Shown: positions 20,291 through 32,058, counted from the stretch's first letter. The stretch is DNA of 64,000 nucleotides from an uncultured delta proteobacterium (GCA_963706575.1 CAVPNL010000006.1:800001-864000), one strand, 5' to 3'. Notes: generated by a model from the letters alone, not told the origin. Made by a program: numbers and translations.

Positions 20291-21727
20291 TTATGAAGGC
20301 CTTGCCTTGATGAACCGGATAGCCTTCTTAAGCCTTGAAACGACCTTGTCCTTGCCCAGGATGGCGGTTACTTCAAAGATACCGGGGCTGGCGGTTTTAC
20401 CGGTCAGGGCCACGCGCACCGGTTGCGCGATTTTGCCCAGCTTGAGGCCGGTTTGGCCCATAACGGTCTTAAAGGCGGTTTCCAAATTTTTTTCGGAAAA
20501 ATCTTCCATTTTTTCAAACTGGTCGATCAACAGCTGCAAGGCTTCGACCGCCATCGGTTTTAAAAATTTTTTGGCCGCCTTTTCTTCATAGTCGATATCA
20601 TTTGCAAAATAAAACAAAGAAATTTCAGCCATTTCATCCAGGGTTTTGCTGCGGGCGTGCAGGGTCTCGATTACCTTTATCAGGAGGCCGTTGTCATAAA
20701 TCTCTATGCCGCGGCGCTTTAAAAAGGGCTGAAGGGGCCCCACGAGTTTTTCAGGAGGCATGGCCCGAATATGTTCGGCACTCAGCGATAAAAGCTTTTC
20801 CAGGTCAAAAACTCCGGCTGAACGCCCGATGTGCTCCAGATCAAACACCTCTATCAGCTCCTGGCGGGTAAAAAATTCCTGATCGCCATGGGACCAGCCC
20901 AGTCTGACCAGGTAGTTGAGCATGGCATCCGGCAGTATCCCCATATCGCGGTAGGCGGAAACCGATACGGCGCCATGGCGTTTGCTGAAGCGGCTTTTGT
21001 CTGTTCCCAGCACCATGGGCACATGGCCGAAAATCGGCAGCGGGCAATCCAGCGCATTATAGAGAAGGATTTGCTTGGGGGTATTCATCACGTGATCATC
21101 GCCGCGGATAACGGTGTTCACCTGCATGGTCATATCGTCGATCACCACGGCATAATTATAGGTGGGAATACCGTCGCTGCGGCACAGAATAAAATCATCC
21201 AGTTCATCATTTTGAAATACGATGTTGCCTTTGATCACATCTTCAATAACGGTTGTCCCGCTTAAAGGCGCTTTAAACCGTATCACCGCCCCGGGCGTTT
21301 TCGATAGTTCTTTATCGCGACAGGTGCCGTCATATTTCGGTTTGCCGCCGGTGGCCATGGCTTTTTGGCGCATGGCCTCAATCTCATCGGGCGAACAGGT
21401 GCAATAGTAGGCCCGGCCGGAATCGATGAGGCGTTCCAGATAGTCGCTGTAAATATCGAGGCGTTTGGTTTGATAGTAAGGACCTTCATCCCAGTCGATA
21501 CCCAGCCATTCAAGCGCTTCAAAAATAACGTCTATGGCCTCCTGGGTCGAGCGTTCGGTGTCGGTATCTTCGATACGCAAAATAAATTTTCCTTTCATGC
21601 GGCGGGCGTACAACCAGTTAAAGATAGCGGTACGCGCATTGCCGACATGCATGAAGCCGGTGGGGCTGGGTGGAAATCGTGTCACAACTGAATCATTTTT
21701 TATTTCCGCAATCATTTTAGCATTCAC
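20291..21727 (-). CDS. gltX: Glutamate--tRNA ligase
   Basis: TRFPPSPTGFMHVG, LRIEDTD, YYCTC, IRGDDH, FSKRHG and AQPVRVALTG. Confidence 0.97.
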   Translation of the reverse strand: MNAKMIAEIKNDSVVTRFPPSPTGFMHVGNARTAIFNWLYARRMKGKFILRIEDTDTERSTQEAIDVIFEALEWLGIDWDEGPYYQTKRLDIYSDYLERLIDSGRAYYCTCSPDEIEAMRQKAMATGGKPKYDGTCRDKELSKTPGAVIRFKAPLSGTTVIEDVIKGNIVFQNDELDDFILCRSDGIPTYNYAVVIDDMTMQVNTVIRGDDHVMNTPKQILLYNALDCPLPIFGHVPMVLGTDKSRFSKRHGAVSVSAYRDMGILPDAMLNYLVRLGWSHGDQEFFTRQELIEVFDLEHIGRSAGVFDLEKLLSLSAEHIRAMPPEKLVGPLQPFLKRRGIEIYDNGLLIKVIETLHARSKTLDEMAEISLFYFANDIDYEEKAAKKFLKPMAVEALQLLIDQFEKMEDFSEKNLETAFKTVMGQTGLKLGKIAQPVRVALTGKTASPGIFEVTAILGKDKVVSRLKKAIRFIKARPS

Positions 21728-22211
21728 CTTTGTTTTGCCTACAAGCGTTTAATGAGTAAACTGTTAAGTAATTTTTAAAGCGCCGATTATCTGATCATCA
21801 ATATAAGATCTTGATTTGTTGATAAATTAATAATATAAATGAATTTACGAATCAATATCTAAGCCCTGTGCTGAGTAAGTAAATCAAACTTGTCAAGGAT
21901 TCTAATAATTTAGGTTGTTCGGCCGCTGGGATCTGCCGCTGAAAAACGATCGTGCTGTAACTTGGCTTCCGGAGATCGCCGTATTTTAGTATAAATTTAA
22001 TAAAATTAGATAGTTGTTTAGAATCAACAGCCATTTTGGGGGTGGTGCATTTCAATAACACAGAAGATTGTCAAGCACAAGAGAACAAATGGCAAAAAAC
22101 CGATGAAAACACTTGACAATCGTTTCAAGATAAATTACTAGAAGCGCAACCTTAAATCTAGGTCGATTAAATTAAAATAAATATAGAATTCAGATTGTTA
22201 GGAGATTACTT

Positions 22212-22394
22212 ATGGCAGTTCCGAAACGGAAGAAATCAAAATCGAAGCGCGATAAGCGACGAACTCACCAAAAACTTACCGCAGTAAATACAGCCACTTG
22301 CCCGGAGTGTGGCGAAGCCACCCTGCCGCACCATGCATGCCCCAACTGTGGGTATTACAAGGGCCGTAAGGTCGTCGAAACCGAAGAAGACTAG
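22212..22394 (+). CDS. rpmF: 50S ribosomal protein L32
   Basis: [24 protein letters not shown] and [12 protein letters not shown]. Confidence 0.97.
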   Translation: MAVPKRKKSKSKRDKRRTHQKLTAVNTATCPECGEATLPHHACPNCGYYKGRKVVETEED

Positions 22395-22442
22395 TCTTTT
22401 ATTCCACAGTTAACAATTCAAATTTCAAAAGGACAGAATTCA

Positions 22443-24110
22443 ATGACCTCAGACAGGATGCCGACGGAAGGTGAACTTTACGGGTTGGATCCGGAATCCA
22501 GGCAGATGGTTCTGGATACGGTGGCACAGCTAAAAAAGCGTCTGCTGACACCGGAAAAAATTTTTGAATTTGATCGTGAAGAGATATTTCCTGAAGATAC
22601 CATTCGTGAAATGCTGGGCCCTGAAATTGGACTGCAGCTTTTGATGATCCCTGAAGAATATGGCGGTCTGGGTGGCGGTGCCCGTGACAGCTGCGCCATC
22701 ACCCGGGACATGGCCAAAATATGCCTGGGCATTACGACCGCGTTTTTTGCGATTCAACTGGGTGCGGATCCGATCATCGTCGGCGGCACCGAAGAGCAAA
22801 AACACAAATGGCTCGGGAAAATCGCCGCTGGAGAAGCACTTGTGGCTTACGCGGTAACCGAACCGGATGCCGGCAGCAATGTGGCTTCCATAAAAACCAA
22901 AGCCGATCCGGTTTTAAATGATGCCGGAGAAATCACCGGATATAAGATAAACGGCGCCAAGCAATTTATTTCCACCGGCGGATACGCTGAATTCATCACG
23001 CTGCTGGCCAACACCCCCGAGGGGGCCACCTTTTTTATCGTTGAAAAAGACACCGAGGGTTATATTCGCGGAAAAGGTGAAGAAAAGCATGGAATCCGGG
23101 CTTCAAATACGTCGCCGCTGACATTTACCGATGCTTTTGTGCCGGTGGAAAACATCATTGGCGGTGTAACCGGGCAGGGGCTCAAACAGGCCAGCAAGGT
23201 ATTCGGGTATACCCGGCTGATGGTGGCTTCGATGGCGCTGGGCGGCGGCGAATCCGCCCTGGATATCGTCATTCCGTATGCCAAGGAACGGATTCAATTT
23301 AAAACGCCGCTGTCGGAAAAACAGGGCTACACCCACAAGCTGGTTGTACCGCATGCCGTTCGGCTGGCGGCGGCCGCAAATTACATTGATGAGGTGGCCA
23401 TAAGATTGGATGCCCGCGAGCATGACCTCGAAGTCGAGGGTTCCATCGCCAAGCTGTTTGCAACCGAAACCGCCAACAAGGCTGCCGATGATGCCATGCA
23501 GGCTTTAGGCGGATACGGCTATATCACCGAATATGGCATTGAAAAAATAAAAAGAGATGTCAAAATTACCTGTATTTACGAGGGTACCAGTGAAATCCAG
23601 CAAAACATCATCAGTACCTTTCGCTGGAAAAAAACGCGGAAAACAAAAGGGGCCTTTTACGAAAGTCTGGCCGATGAAATGGATAAGCTCGAAGCCCAGT
23701 GCGGCGAGGCCGGATGCCGCTATATCGCCCTGGCGGCCCGTGCGTTAAACAAAACCGTTTTTTTGGTGAATGATAATCGACTGACCCGGGAACAGTATGT
23801 CATGTTTGCCCTGGCCGACATGATGATGCATGTGGAGGTGGCAGCCAGTCTGGTGCGGCAGGCAGCTGCAGTTAGCAGTGAAAATAATCCGGAGGCCGAG
23901 AAAACATGCCTTTTCTCACGCCTGTTCGCCCATGAAGCTGCCGAACTGGTATCCGCTAATATATTAAAAATATTGAGGGGTTCCGGCGTTTTTGAACCCG
24001 AGCAGGTATCGGCCTTTCTGGCGGAAACCTCGCACGCAGCCCTGGCGGATAGCTACCAGAACATCATTCCGGACATGAACCGCGCAGCTGACATTATATT
24101 TGATCGTTAA
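22443..24110 (+). CDS. Acyl-CoA dehydrogenase family protein with C-terminal extension
   Basis: IPEEYGGLG, YAVTEPDAGS, INGAKQFIS, KHGIRAS, MQALGGYGY and IYEGTSEIQ. Confidence 0.92.
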   Translation: MTSDRMPTEGELYGLDPESRQMVLDTVAQLKKRLLTPEKIFEFDREEIFPEDTIREMLGPEIGLQLLMIPEEYGGLGGGARDSCAITRDMAKICLGITTAFFAIQLGADPIIVGGTEEQKHKWLGKIAAGEALVAYAVTEPDAGSNVASIKTKADPVLNDAGEITGYKINGAKQFISTGGYAEFITLLANTPEGATFFIVEKDTEGYIRGKGEEKHGIRASNTSPLTFTDAFVPVENIIGGVTGQGLKQASKVFGYTRLMVASMALGGGESALDIVIPYAKERIQFKTPLSEKQGYTHKLVVPHAVRLAAAANYIDEVAIRLDAREHDLEVEGSIAKLFATETANKAADDAMQALGGYGYITEYGIEKIKRDVKITCIYEGTSEIQQNIISTFRWKKTRKTKGAFYESLADEMDKLEAQCGEAGCRYIALAARALNKTVFLVNDNRLTREQYVMFALADMMMHVEVAASLVRQAAAVSSENNPEAEKTCLFSRLFAHEAAELVSANILKILRGSGVFEPEQVSAFLAETSHAALADSYQNIIPDMNRAADIIFDR

Positions 24111-24198
24111 CCATTGCCCCAATTGAGTAAAAACCGAATTGGGCGTTATCGTTTTTTCGTTTTTCGTTATTTGTTAATCGTTTAAAAGGGAGGCAAAA

Positions 24199-24930
24199 TT
24201 GCGATTCGAAAACAAAGTGGTGATGGTTACCGGAGGAGCCGCTGGAATCGGTCTGGTCACGGCTGAAAACTTTGCCAACGAGGGCGCCAGGGTTGCGATT
24301 TGCGACGTCAACCCGGAAGCGGGAGAAGCTGCAGCAAAGGCACTGGGCTCCGAAGCCTCTTTCGAACAGGTCGACGTTGCCAGCAGTGCGGCCGTATCCG
24401 GCTGGATAGAGGGCGTTTTTGAAAAATACGGGCAAATTGATGTGATGGTTAACAATGCCGGGATCACGCGCGACGGTCTCATCATGCGCATGAAGGAGGA
24501 AGACTGGGATGCGGTGATCAGCGTCAACCTCAAAAGCGCATTTAACTGCATCAAGGCTGTTTCCAAGATAATGGTCAAGCAGCGTTCGGGCAGGATTATC
24601 AATCTGGCTTCGGTCGTAGGGGTGATGGGCAATCCCGGTCAGGCCAATTATGTGGCCTCAAAGGCCGGTATGATTGGTCTTACCAAAACGGTGGCCAAGG
24701 AACTTGGCGCCAGAGGCATTACCGTAAACGCCGTTGCACCGGGTTTTATCGAAACCGATATGACAGCTGTGCTGTCTGACAAAGTCAAAGAGGCCATGCT
24801 GGCTACGATACCTTTACAAAGAGCCGGCAGCCCCCAGGATGTGGCTGATGCCATTACATTTCTGGCTTCAGACCAGGCGGCTTATATTACCGGTCAGGTC
24901 ATACACGTCACCGGAGGGATGTACATGTAA
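24199..24930 (+). CDS. fabG: 3-oxoacyl-ACP reductase
   Basis: TGGAAGIG, NNAGITRD, GNPGQANYVASKAG and APGFIETDMT; TTG start with GGAGG RBS. Confidence 0.95.
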   Translation: MRFENKVVMVTGGAAGIGLVTAENFANEGARVAICDVNPEAGEAAAKALGSEASFEQVDVASSAAVSGWIEGVFEKYGQIDVMVNNAGITRDGLIMRMKEEDWDAVISVNLKSAFNCIKAVSKIMVKQRSGRIINLASVVGVMGNPGQANYVASKAGMIGLTKTVAKELGARGITVNAVAPGFIETDMTAVLSDKVKEAMLATIPLQRAGSPQDVADAITFLASDQAAYITGQVIHVTGGMYM

Positions 24931-25208
24931 AAGCGGATTCAAAAATTCATCTCGCACCAAATAGCCGCGTTCCGCTCCGGCAAAAAATGCTCACGTACTG
25001 CCGTGTACGCTCCGCTTTTTTTCCGGAGCGCGCCTTGCTCTTTGGCACGATCTAAAATTTTGAATCCGCTTTTAGAAGTTTTAAAACGGCCATCTTTTGA
25101 CCGAATACGGCGTTGCGCGAAGGAGAAAACCGCTAACGTACCAAATGTACGCGGCGCGATTTTCTCCTTCCCGCGCCTTGTCTTCGGCCAAAACCTGACC
25201 GTTTAAAA
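24929..25208. repeat. Two tandem long imperfect palindromes of one family
   Basis: Units 24929-25073 and 25079-25208 share GCGTT...GCTnACGTAC-loop-GTACGC...GCGCCTTG but have different complementary arms. Confidence 0.75.
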
Positions 25209-25296
25209 GCCAATTCACATTGATTAACAGTTTTTTAAACTGAACTTGCAATTACAATTATTTTTGACCGGCTTTGGCCGGTAAGGAGGAAATGAG

Positions 25297-25524
25297 ATGT
25301 CTGTTGAGGAGAAAGTAAAAAAGATCATTGCTGAAAAACTGAGCGTTGAATTGGAAGAAGTTGTTCCTGAAGCCTCATTCGTGGATGATTTGGGGGCAGA
25401 TTCACTTGATCTCGTCGAGTTGATTATGTCCATGGAAGAGGAATTTGATACGGAAATTTCTGACGAAGATGCCGAGCAAATTACCACGGTTCAGGACGCC
25501 ATCGATTACGTTAATAAACAGTAG
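25297..25524 (+). CDS. acpP: Acyl carrier protein
   Basis: [13 protein letters not shown] phosphopantetheine site. Confidence 0.97.
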   Translation: MSVEEKVKKIIAEKLSVELEEVVPEASFVDDLGADSLDLVELIMSMEEEFDTEISDEDAEQITTVQDAIDYVNKQ

Positions 25525-25599
25525 GCATCCATTTTTATATCAAATTTTGTGTAAGTATCGGCTAACAGCATCGTTCTGCTGCTCAAACAAGGAGGTCTT

Positions 25600-26845
25600 T
25601 TGAACAGGCGGGTCGTCGTTACAGGTATGGGATTAATTACCCCGGTTGGGATTGGAGTCGAGGACAGCTGGTCGGCTATCTGCGCCGGTAAATCGGGCGT
25701 ATCTGAAATAACTCAATTCGACGCATCGGCGTATCAGACCCGAATTGCCGCTGAGGTAAAGGGGTTTAATGCCGAAGATTTCATGCCCAAAAAAGATGCC
25801 AAACGCAACGAGCTGTTTATATCGTATGCAATGGCAGCAACGCGTATGGCACTGGAAGATTCCGGTCTGAAGATCAACAGCGCCAATGCAAACCGTATCG
25901 GTGTGGTTACCGGCTGCGGCCTTGGCGGCCTTGGAATTATGGAAGATACGATTCTCAATGTTGCCACCAAAGGTCCCCGGCGGGTGAGCCCGTTTTTTAT
26001 TCCCATGATGATCGGCAATATGGCACCGGGAATGATTTCCATCCACTTTGGAGCCAAAGGCCCGAATTTGTCCCTTGCCACTGCTTGTGCGGCCGGCGCA
26101 CATGCGATTGGCGACTCCTTTCAAATGATTCAAAACGGTCGCGTCGATGCCATGATTACCGGCGGAACCGAGGCGGTGGTTTCACCGACCGCTATTGCCG
26201 GTTTCAACGCCATGAAAGCGCTCTCGACCCGCAACGATGAACCGCCAAAAAGCCTCACGGCCTTTTGAGCGGGATCGCGACGGTTTTGTGATTGGTGAAG
26301 GCAGCGGGATTTTGATCCTCGAAGCCCTTGATCATGCCCTGGAAAGAGGTGCCCATATCTATGCCGAGCTGGTGGGCTTCGGGCTGACCGGCGACGGTTA
26401 CCACATGACTTCGCCGTGTCCGGATGGCGACGGTGCGGTGCGCTGCATGCAGGCGGCCCTGGATGACGCCGGTATTGCTGCCGGGCAGGTGGATTACATC
26501 AATGCCCATGGCACTTCCACCGAGCTCAACGATCTGTACGAAACCCGGGCGGTGAAAACCGTATTTAAAGACCATGCCTATAAAGTGGCGATCAGCTCCA
26601 CCAAATCGATGACCGGTCATGTGCTGGGCGGCGCCGGCGGTATAGAGACGGTGTTCAGTGCCTTGAGTATCTATCACGATATGATCCCGCCCACCATTAA
26701 TTATGAGAATCCGGCGGAAGAATGCGATCTGGACTACGTGCCCAATGTTGCCCGCCAGAAGACGGTCAACGTGGCCATGACCAATTCTTTCGGTTTCGGC
26801 GGAACCAACGCCACGCTGATTTTGAGAAAATACACCGATCAATAG
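25600..26845 (+). CDS. fabF: Beta-ketoacyl-ACP synthase II, frameshifted in this sequence near 26244
   Basis: [26 protein letters not shown] and NSFGFGG lie in two frames; removing one C from ccgccaaaaagcc restores NDEPQKASRPF. Confidence 0.92.
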
Positions 26846-26921
26846 CCGCTCGTACGGCCTTTGATATTCACTCAAAAGCATCATATAAGGGATGTGGCAC
26901 AGAGCACACATAGAATTAATG

Positions 26922-27044
26922 GGTTTCAGGTGTCAGTGTTCAGGTGTCAGCAAAAAGATGACGGGAGACGAAAAAAGAATTAAGATTTGACGCTTCTTCT
27001 TCCAGTTTTTTCCATCTGTTTTCTGACACCTGACACCTGAAACC
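26922..27044. repeat. Heptamer-periodic inverted repeat (GGTGTCA / TGACACC)
   Basis: ggtttcaggtgtcagtgttcaggtgtcag ... ctgacacctgacacctgaaacc. Confidence 0.75.
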
Positions 27045-27116
27045 TACTTATTGCAGAAACCTCATACCTGGAATTTGTTGCCTTACTCAGTTGGCAATAT
27101 CTATGAATGTATCTTT

Positions 27117-27149
27117 AATGGCAAGGCACTTTCGGCCTTGCCATTTTTT
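27117..27149 (+). terminator. Rho-independent terminator after the fab genes
   Basis: ATGGCAAGGC-actttcg-GCCTTGCCAT followed by a T-run. Confidence 0.7.
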
Positions 27150-27237
27150 CGCTTGCGGTAATATGGTTTGACCTATATTATCAAAGTTAATCTTTTTATC
27201 AGACCTTCGGATGAAGTAAAAGGAGAAAATTAATTTA

Positions 27238-27717
27238 ATGGTACCGGATAATCCTCGACCTTCCTGGGAAGATTATTTTATGGATATTGCGATGCTCGTC
27301 GCCAGGCGTTCGACCTGTCTCAGGCGAGCAGTTGGGGCGATTATTGTAAAAGATAAACGGATACTATCAACCGGCTATAATGGGGCGCCCACCGGTGTGC
27401 GCCACTGTGCTGAAGTGGGGTGTTTGCGCGAAAAATTAGGGATTGAATCCGGCAAAATGCATGAATTGTGCCGCGGCATTCATGCGGAACAAAATGCTAT
27501 TATCCAGGCGGCTTATCATGGCGTATCTTTGAAAGGCGCCAGTGTATTTTGCACCAACTTGCCCTGTTCAATATGCGCAAAGATGATCATTAATGCAGGA
27601 ATTGATAAAATTTATTATCGTTCGGGTTATGCAGACGAATTATCGAAGGACATGTTGCAAGAAGCCCATATCGAGCTGATCCATCTTGAAACCAAACAGC
27701 AGGGAGAAGACTCATGA
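27238..27717 (+). CDS. dCMP deaminase (ComEB-like)
   Basis: [31 protein letters not shown] and PCSIC. Confidence 0.92.
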   Translation: MVPDNPRPSWEDYFMDIAMLVARRSTCLRRAVGAIIVKDKRILSTGYNGAPTGVRHCAEVGCLREKLGIESGKMHELCRGIHAEQNAIIQAAYHGVSLKGASVFCTNLPCSICAKMIINAGIDKIYYRSGYADELSKDMLQEAHIELIHLETKQQGEDS

Positions 27718-28172
27718 AGTGTCCGTACTGCGGGGAGATCGACAATAAGGTCATTGATTCCAGATTGAGTAAAGATGCCAGCGTTATCCGCCGCCGCCGG
27801 GAATGTATCGTATGCAGCCGCCGATTTACAACCTACGAGCATATTGAAGAAATTCCGATTATGATTGTTAAAAAGGACGGCCGGCGCGAAGTGTTCAACC
27901 GGGAAAAAGTGCGCTCCGGGCTGAAAAAAGCATGTCAAAAGCGGAATATCAGCGTCAATGTGATTGAAGAATTTATTGATGATCTGGAGCGGGATCTCAG
28001 AGAGACGGGCGAAAAAGAAATACCGGCCTCTTTTCTTGGGGAAAAGATCATGACAATGCTGCATGAACTCGATGACGTGGCCTATGTTCGTTTTGCCTCG
28101 GTTTACCGGGAATTTAAGGATGTCAACGACTTTGTCTCCGAGCTCAAAACCCTGCTCAGTAAACAGGAGTGA
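27714..28172 (+). CDS. nrdR: Transcriptional repressor NrdR
   Basis: MKCPYC, VIDSR, RRRREC, RFTTYE, ATP cone and [13 protein letters not shown]. Confidence 0.97.
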   Translation: MKCPYCGEIDNKVIDSRLSKDASVIRRRRECIVCSRRFTTYEHIEEIPIMIVKKDGRREVFNREKVRSGLKKACQKRNISVNVIEEFIDDLERDLRETGEKEIPASFLGEKIMTMLHELDDVAYVRFASVYREFKDVNDFVSELKTLLSKQE

Positions 28173-28178
28173 TTTTTA

Positions 28179-28272
28179 ACAGAAAACAGATGTCAGAAAA
28201 CAGAAGACAGAAAGTGAAAATTTATTCATCGTGTTCTGTCATCTGACTTCTGCCGTCTGTCATCTGACATCT
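28179..28272. repeat. Heptamer-periodic inverted repeat (CAGAnnn / nnnTCTG)
   Basis: acagaaaacagatgtcagaaaacagaagacaga ... tctgtcatctgacttctgccgtctgtcatctgacatctg. Confidence 0.7.
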
Positions 28273-28279
28273 GGAGCTT

Positions 28280-29379
28280 ATGGATCACGAATTTTTTATG
28301 AAAAAGGCCTTGGCCCTTGCAAAAAAGGGGCAAGGCTATACTTCGCCCAACCCGATGGTCGGAGCCGTCATTGTCAAAGACGGCGAAGTGAAAGGCAAGG
28401 GATATCATCAAGTTGTCGGTCAGGCGCATGCTGAGGTTAATGCCATTGCGGATGCCGGCACCCGAGGCCAAAGGCGCCACGCTGTATGTAAATTTGGAGC
28501 CCTGCAATCACACAGGCAGAACGCCTCCCTGCACCCGCAAAATTACTTGAAGCGGGTATTAAGCGCGTCGTGGTGGCCCTGAACGACCCGAACACCATCG
28601 CCGGTGGCGGCTCCGTTTTTTTAAAGCAGAACGGCATTGATGTTATAACAGGTGTATGTGAAAACCAGGCTGCGAGGCTCAACGAGGCCTTCCTAAAATA
28701 TGTGAATACAAAAGGCCCGTTTGTTACGATCAAATGCGCGGCTACCCTGGATGGGCGCATCGCTACCCGCAGCGGTGATTCCAAGTGGGTGACCGGGGAA
28801 AAAGCGCGCAGATACGTGCACCGGCTGCGACATGCCGTTGATGCTATTTTGGTGGGCATCGGAACGATCCATGCCGACAATCCGAACCTGACCACGCGTT
28901 TGGATTCGAATAAGGGGGCAGATCCGGTTCGAATTGTTCTTGATACACGTCTATCCATCTCACCGGATGCCAGAATATTGAAGCTGGACTCCAATTCTGA
29001 TACGATCCTCGTCACCGGCAATACGGTATCTGAAGCGAAGAAGAAAAAGGTTGCGAAAAAAGGGGTGCGCCTAATCGCGCAGCCGCTTAAAAATGGTCAA
29101 ATTGAGATGAAACCCCTGATGGTTCAGCTGGGTTCAATGGGTATCACCAGCCTTTTAGTTGAAGGTGGCAGCCGCGTGATTGCTTCGGCATTTCGCAGCG
29201 GTATTGTCGATAAGGCACTCTTTTTTTATGCGCCAAAAATTTTGGGAGGCGATGACGGCATACCCATTTGCCGGGGACCGGGACCGCAGCTGATGAAAGA
29301 CTGTATCCGGGCTACAAATATCCGTGTCCGCAGATTTGACGATGATGTTATGATTGAAGCATACATTGAAAAACAGTGA
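28280..29379 (+). CDS. ribD: Bifunctional deaminase/reductase RibD, with two apparent +1 insertions near 28462 and 28543
   Basis: [10 protein letters not shown] and [17 protein letters not shown] in an intermediate frame; then ATLDG, SKWVT and LLVEGG. Confidence 0.92.
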
Positions 29380-29492
29380 TTCGGACTTATATTTTAGCAC
29401 TGAAAACAGGGGGTCGCCTGAAATACCACCTTGCGATGTAATTAAGTTCGTTTCGAAAAACGACACTTAATGGATAATGGTTAGTGGATATT

Positions 29493-30157
29493 ATGTTTAC
29501 TGGAATTATTGAAGGTCTGGGAACCATTGGCGCCATACGGCCTGACGGTCAGGGAAAACGCCTGACGATTGAGGCGGATTATGCCCTGGATCAAACTAAA
29601 ATCGGCGATAGCATTGCGGTAAACGGTGCCTGTCTGACGGTTGTAAAAATTAACGGTTCAAGGTTTGAAGTGGATCTTTCGCCCGAGACACTGGCAACGT
29701 CCACTTTTGGCAAGGCCAAGCAGGGCGACCGCTTAAACCTTGAACGCGCAATGCGATTGTCCGATCGCATTGACGGGCATTTGGTCTTGGGTCACGTCGA
29801 TGGTATCGGCATCATTCAGCAGCAGGAGAAACTGGGAAATGCCATTGGCGTTACCATTGCCGTGCCGGAGGCCGTTTCGCGATATATGATCCACAAAGGC
29901 TCGGTTGCCGTAGATGGCATCAGTTTGACCATCAACGCGTGGCGCCCAAAAGCGTTACGGTCAGCATTATTCCGCATACCGGCCGATTAACGACCATTGG
30001 AATGAAGCAAAAGGGGCCGCCGGTTAATATCGAAACCGATATGATCGGCAAATATGTCGAACGATTTATGCGGGGCGAATCGATGCCTGACAGCGAAAAA
30101 TCGACGATATCCCCCGGTATTGATATGGAATTTTTAGCCAAGTCCGGGTTTTTATAA
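29493..30157 (+). CDS. ribE: Riboflavin synthase alpha chain, frameshifted near 29940
   Basis: MFTGIIE, SIAVNGACLT, GHVD and VDGISLT, then IIPHT...VNIETDMIGKY in another frame. Confidence 0.92.
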
Positions 30158-30268
30158 GATTTTTTGGGAGAGAAGCAGAATTCGAAGCGATAATTTTAGC
30201 ATAATTTTCTTGCGCCTTTGAACCTTTGGATGAATTGTAAAAAAGAAAACTTAGGAGATCAATAACCC

Positions 30269-31483
30269 ATGCCACATCTGACAATTGAACAAGCGATTCG
30301 AGATATCAAAGATGGCAAGATGGTCATCTTGGTGGATGATGAAGATCGTGAAAACGAGGGCGATCTTTGTATGGCGGCTGAAAAGGTGACACCGGAAGCC
30401 ATCAACTTTATGGCAACTTATGGCAGAGGTCTTGTCTGCCTGGCGATGACCGCGCAGAAATGCGATTCGCTGGATTTGCCCCCGATGGTCGACAATAATA
30501 CCTCACCCTTTGGGACCGGTTTCACGGTGTCGATAGAAGCCCGTTGCGGCGTGAGCACCGGTATTTCAGCGCATGACCGTGCGACCACTATTTTGACGGC
30601 CGTTGCCGATGATTGCCAACCCAGGGACCTGGTGCGGCCGGGGCATATATTTCCGTTAAGAGCGAAAAGCGGCGGGGTGATTGTGCGGGCCGGTCAGACG
30701 GAAGGCTCGGTGGATCTCGCCCGTTTAGCCGGGTTGACATCCGCCGGAGTGATTTGTGAAGTGATGGACGAAGACGGGACGATGGCCCGCATGCCGGCGC
30801 TGGAAAAGTTCAGTGAAAAACACGGGGTCGGTATCTGTACCATCGAAGATTTAATTGAATACCGCATGCGGACGGAGTCCTTTGTTCGCCGTTCCGCAGA
30901 AACGGTTATCCCCACCGCGATCGGTGGTGAATTTAAAGCCATTGTGTATGAAAATGATGTCGATAATCTATTACACATTGCGATGGTCAAAGGCGAGATT
31001 GATTCTGAAAAACCGGTATTGGTGCGGGTGCATTCCGAGTGCCTGACCGGAGACATTTTCGGTTCCCTGCGATGCGACTGCGGGCCACAGCTGTACCGGG
31101 CTCTGCAAATGATTGAAGCGGATCAAAGCGGCGTTCTGCTTTACATTCGGCAGGAGGGCCGTGGCATCGGGCTTGTCAACAAAATCAAGGCCTACGCCTT
31201 GCAGGACCAGGGGTTGGATACCGTCGAGGCCAACGAAGAGCTCGGATTTAACCCGGATATGCGCAATTACGGTATCGGGGCGCAAATCCTGGTCGATCTG
31301 GGTGTTCGCAAAATGAGGCTGATGACCAACAACCCTAAAAAAATGGTGGGCCTTGACGGGTACGGGCTCAGTATTGTTGAGCAGGTTCCGATTGAAGTCC
31401 CGCCCAATGAGTACAATAAGTGTTATCTGGAATGTAAGAAATTAAAAATGGGGCATCTGTTGAATATTGATGCGGCACCTTAA
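30269..31483 (+). CDS. ribBA: Bifunctional DHBP synthase / GTP cyclohydrolase II
   Basis: [41 protein letters not shown] and TNNP. Confidence 0.97.
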   Translation: MPHLTIEQAIRDIKDGKMVILVDDEDRENEGDLCMAAEKVTPEAINFMATYGRGLVCLAMTAQKCDSLDLPPMVDNNTSPFGTGFTVSIEARCGVSTGISAHDRATTILTAVADDCQPRDLVRPGHIFPLRAKSGGVIVRAGQTEGSVDLARLAGLTSAGVICEVMDEDGTMARMPALEKFSEKHGVGICTIEDLIEYRMRTESFVRRSAETVIPTAIGGEFKAIVYENDVDNLLHIAMVKGEIDSEKPVLVRVHSECLTGDIFGSLRCDCGPQLYRALQMIEADQSGVLLYIRQEGRGIGLVNKIKAYALQDQGLDTVEANEELGFNPDMRNYGIGAQILVDLGVRKMRLMTNNPKKMVGLDGYGLSIVEQVPIEVPPNEYNKCYLECKKLKMGHLLNIDAAP

Positions 31484-31590
31484 GGAACCCCGGTAAAATC
31501 CCGGTTCATAAAATAGTGAAGGGTAATTTTGCTTGTAAAAAGTGAATTTTATGCCCTTGGTGGCTAAACTCTATTCTGAAAGGAGTTTTT

Positions 31591-32058
31591 ATGGCTAAGA
31601 CGCTTGAAGCTCATTTAAGTGCAAAAGGTAAAAAGTTTGCGATTGTGGTGAGCCGATTTAATGATTTTATTACCGACAAACTTTTAAGTGGCGCCCTGGA
31701 CGCCCTGGTGCGCTCCGGCGCTAAAGACAGTGACATCCAGGTTGTCAAGGTACCCGGCTCATTTGAGATTCCATTAGTCGCCAAAAAAATAGCAAAAAAG
31801 AAAGGGCTGGGCGCTATTATTTGCCTGGGTGCGATTATCCGCGGCGCAACCCCCCATTTTGATTATGTCAGTGCCGAGGTATCCAAGGGTATTGCCCAGG
31901 TCAGCCTGGAATCTGAAGTGCCGATTATTTTTGGCGTCATCACCACCGATACCATCGAGCAGGCCATCGAACGCGCCGGTACCAAAGCCGGCAACAAAGG
32001 CTGGAGCGCAGCTATGGCTGCTGTTGAAATGGCGAATCTGCTTGAAGTAGTGGGCTAG
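31591..32058 (+). CDS. ribH: 6,7-dimethyl-8-ribityllumazine synthase
   Basis: [24 protein letters not shown] and GNKG. Confidence 0.97.
   Translation: MAKTLEAHLSAKGKKFAIVVSRFNDFITDKLLSGALDALVRSGAKDSDIQVVKVPGSFEIPLVAKKIAKKKGLGAIICLGAIIRGATPHFDYVSAEVSKGIAQVSLESEVPIIFGVITTDTIEQAIERAGTKAGNKGWSAAMAAVEMANLLEVVG

Noticed and set aside
28173..28280. FMN riboswitch ahead of the rib genes
   Set aside because: The spacer holds only heptamer repeats; no FMN aptamer motifs were seen.
26237..29960. Programmed ribosomal frameshifting in fabF/ribD/ribE
   Set aside because: No convincing slippery site with a stimulator, and the clustering points to sequence error.
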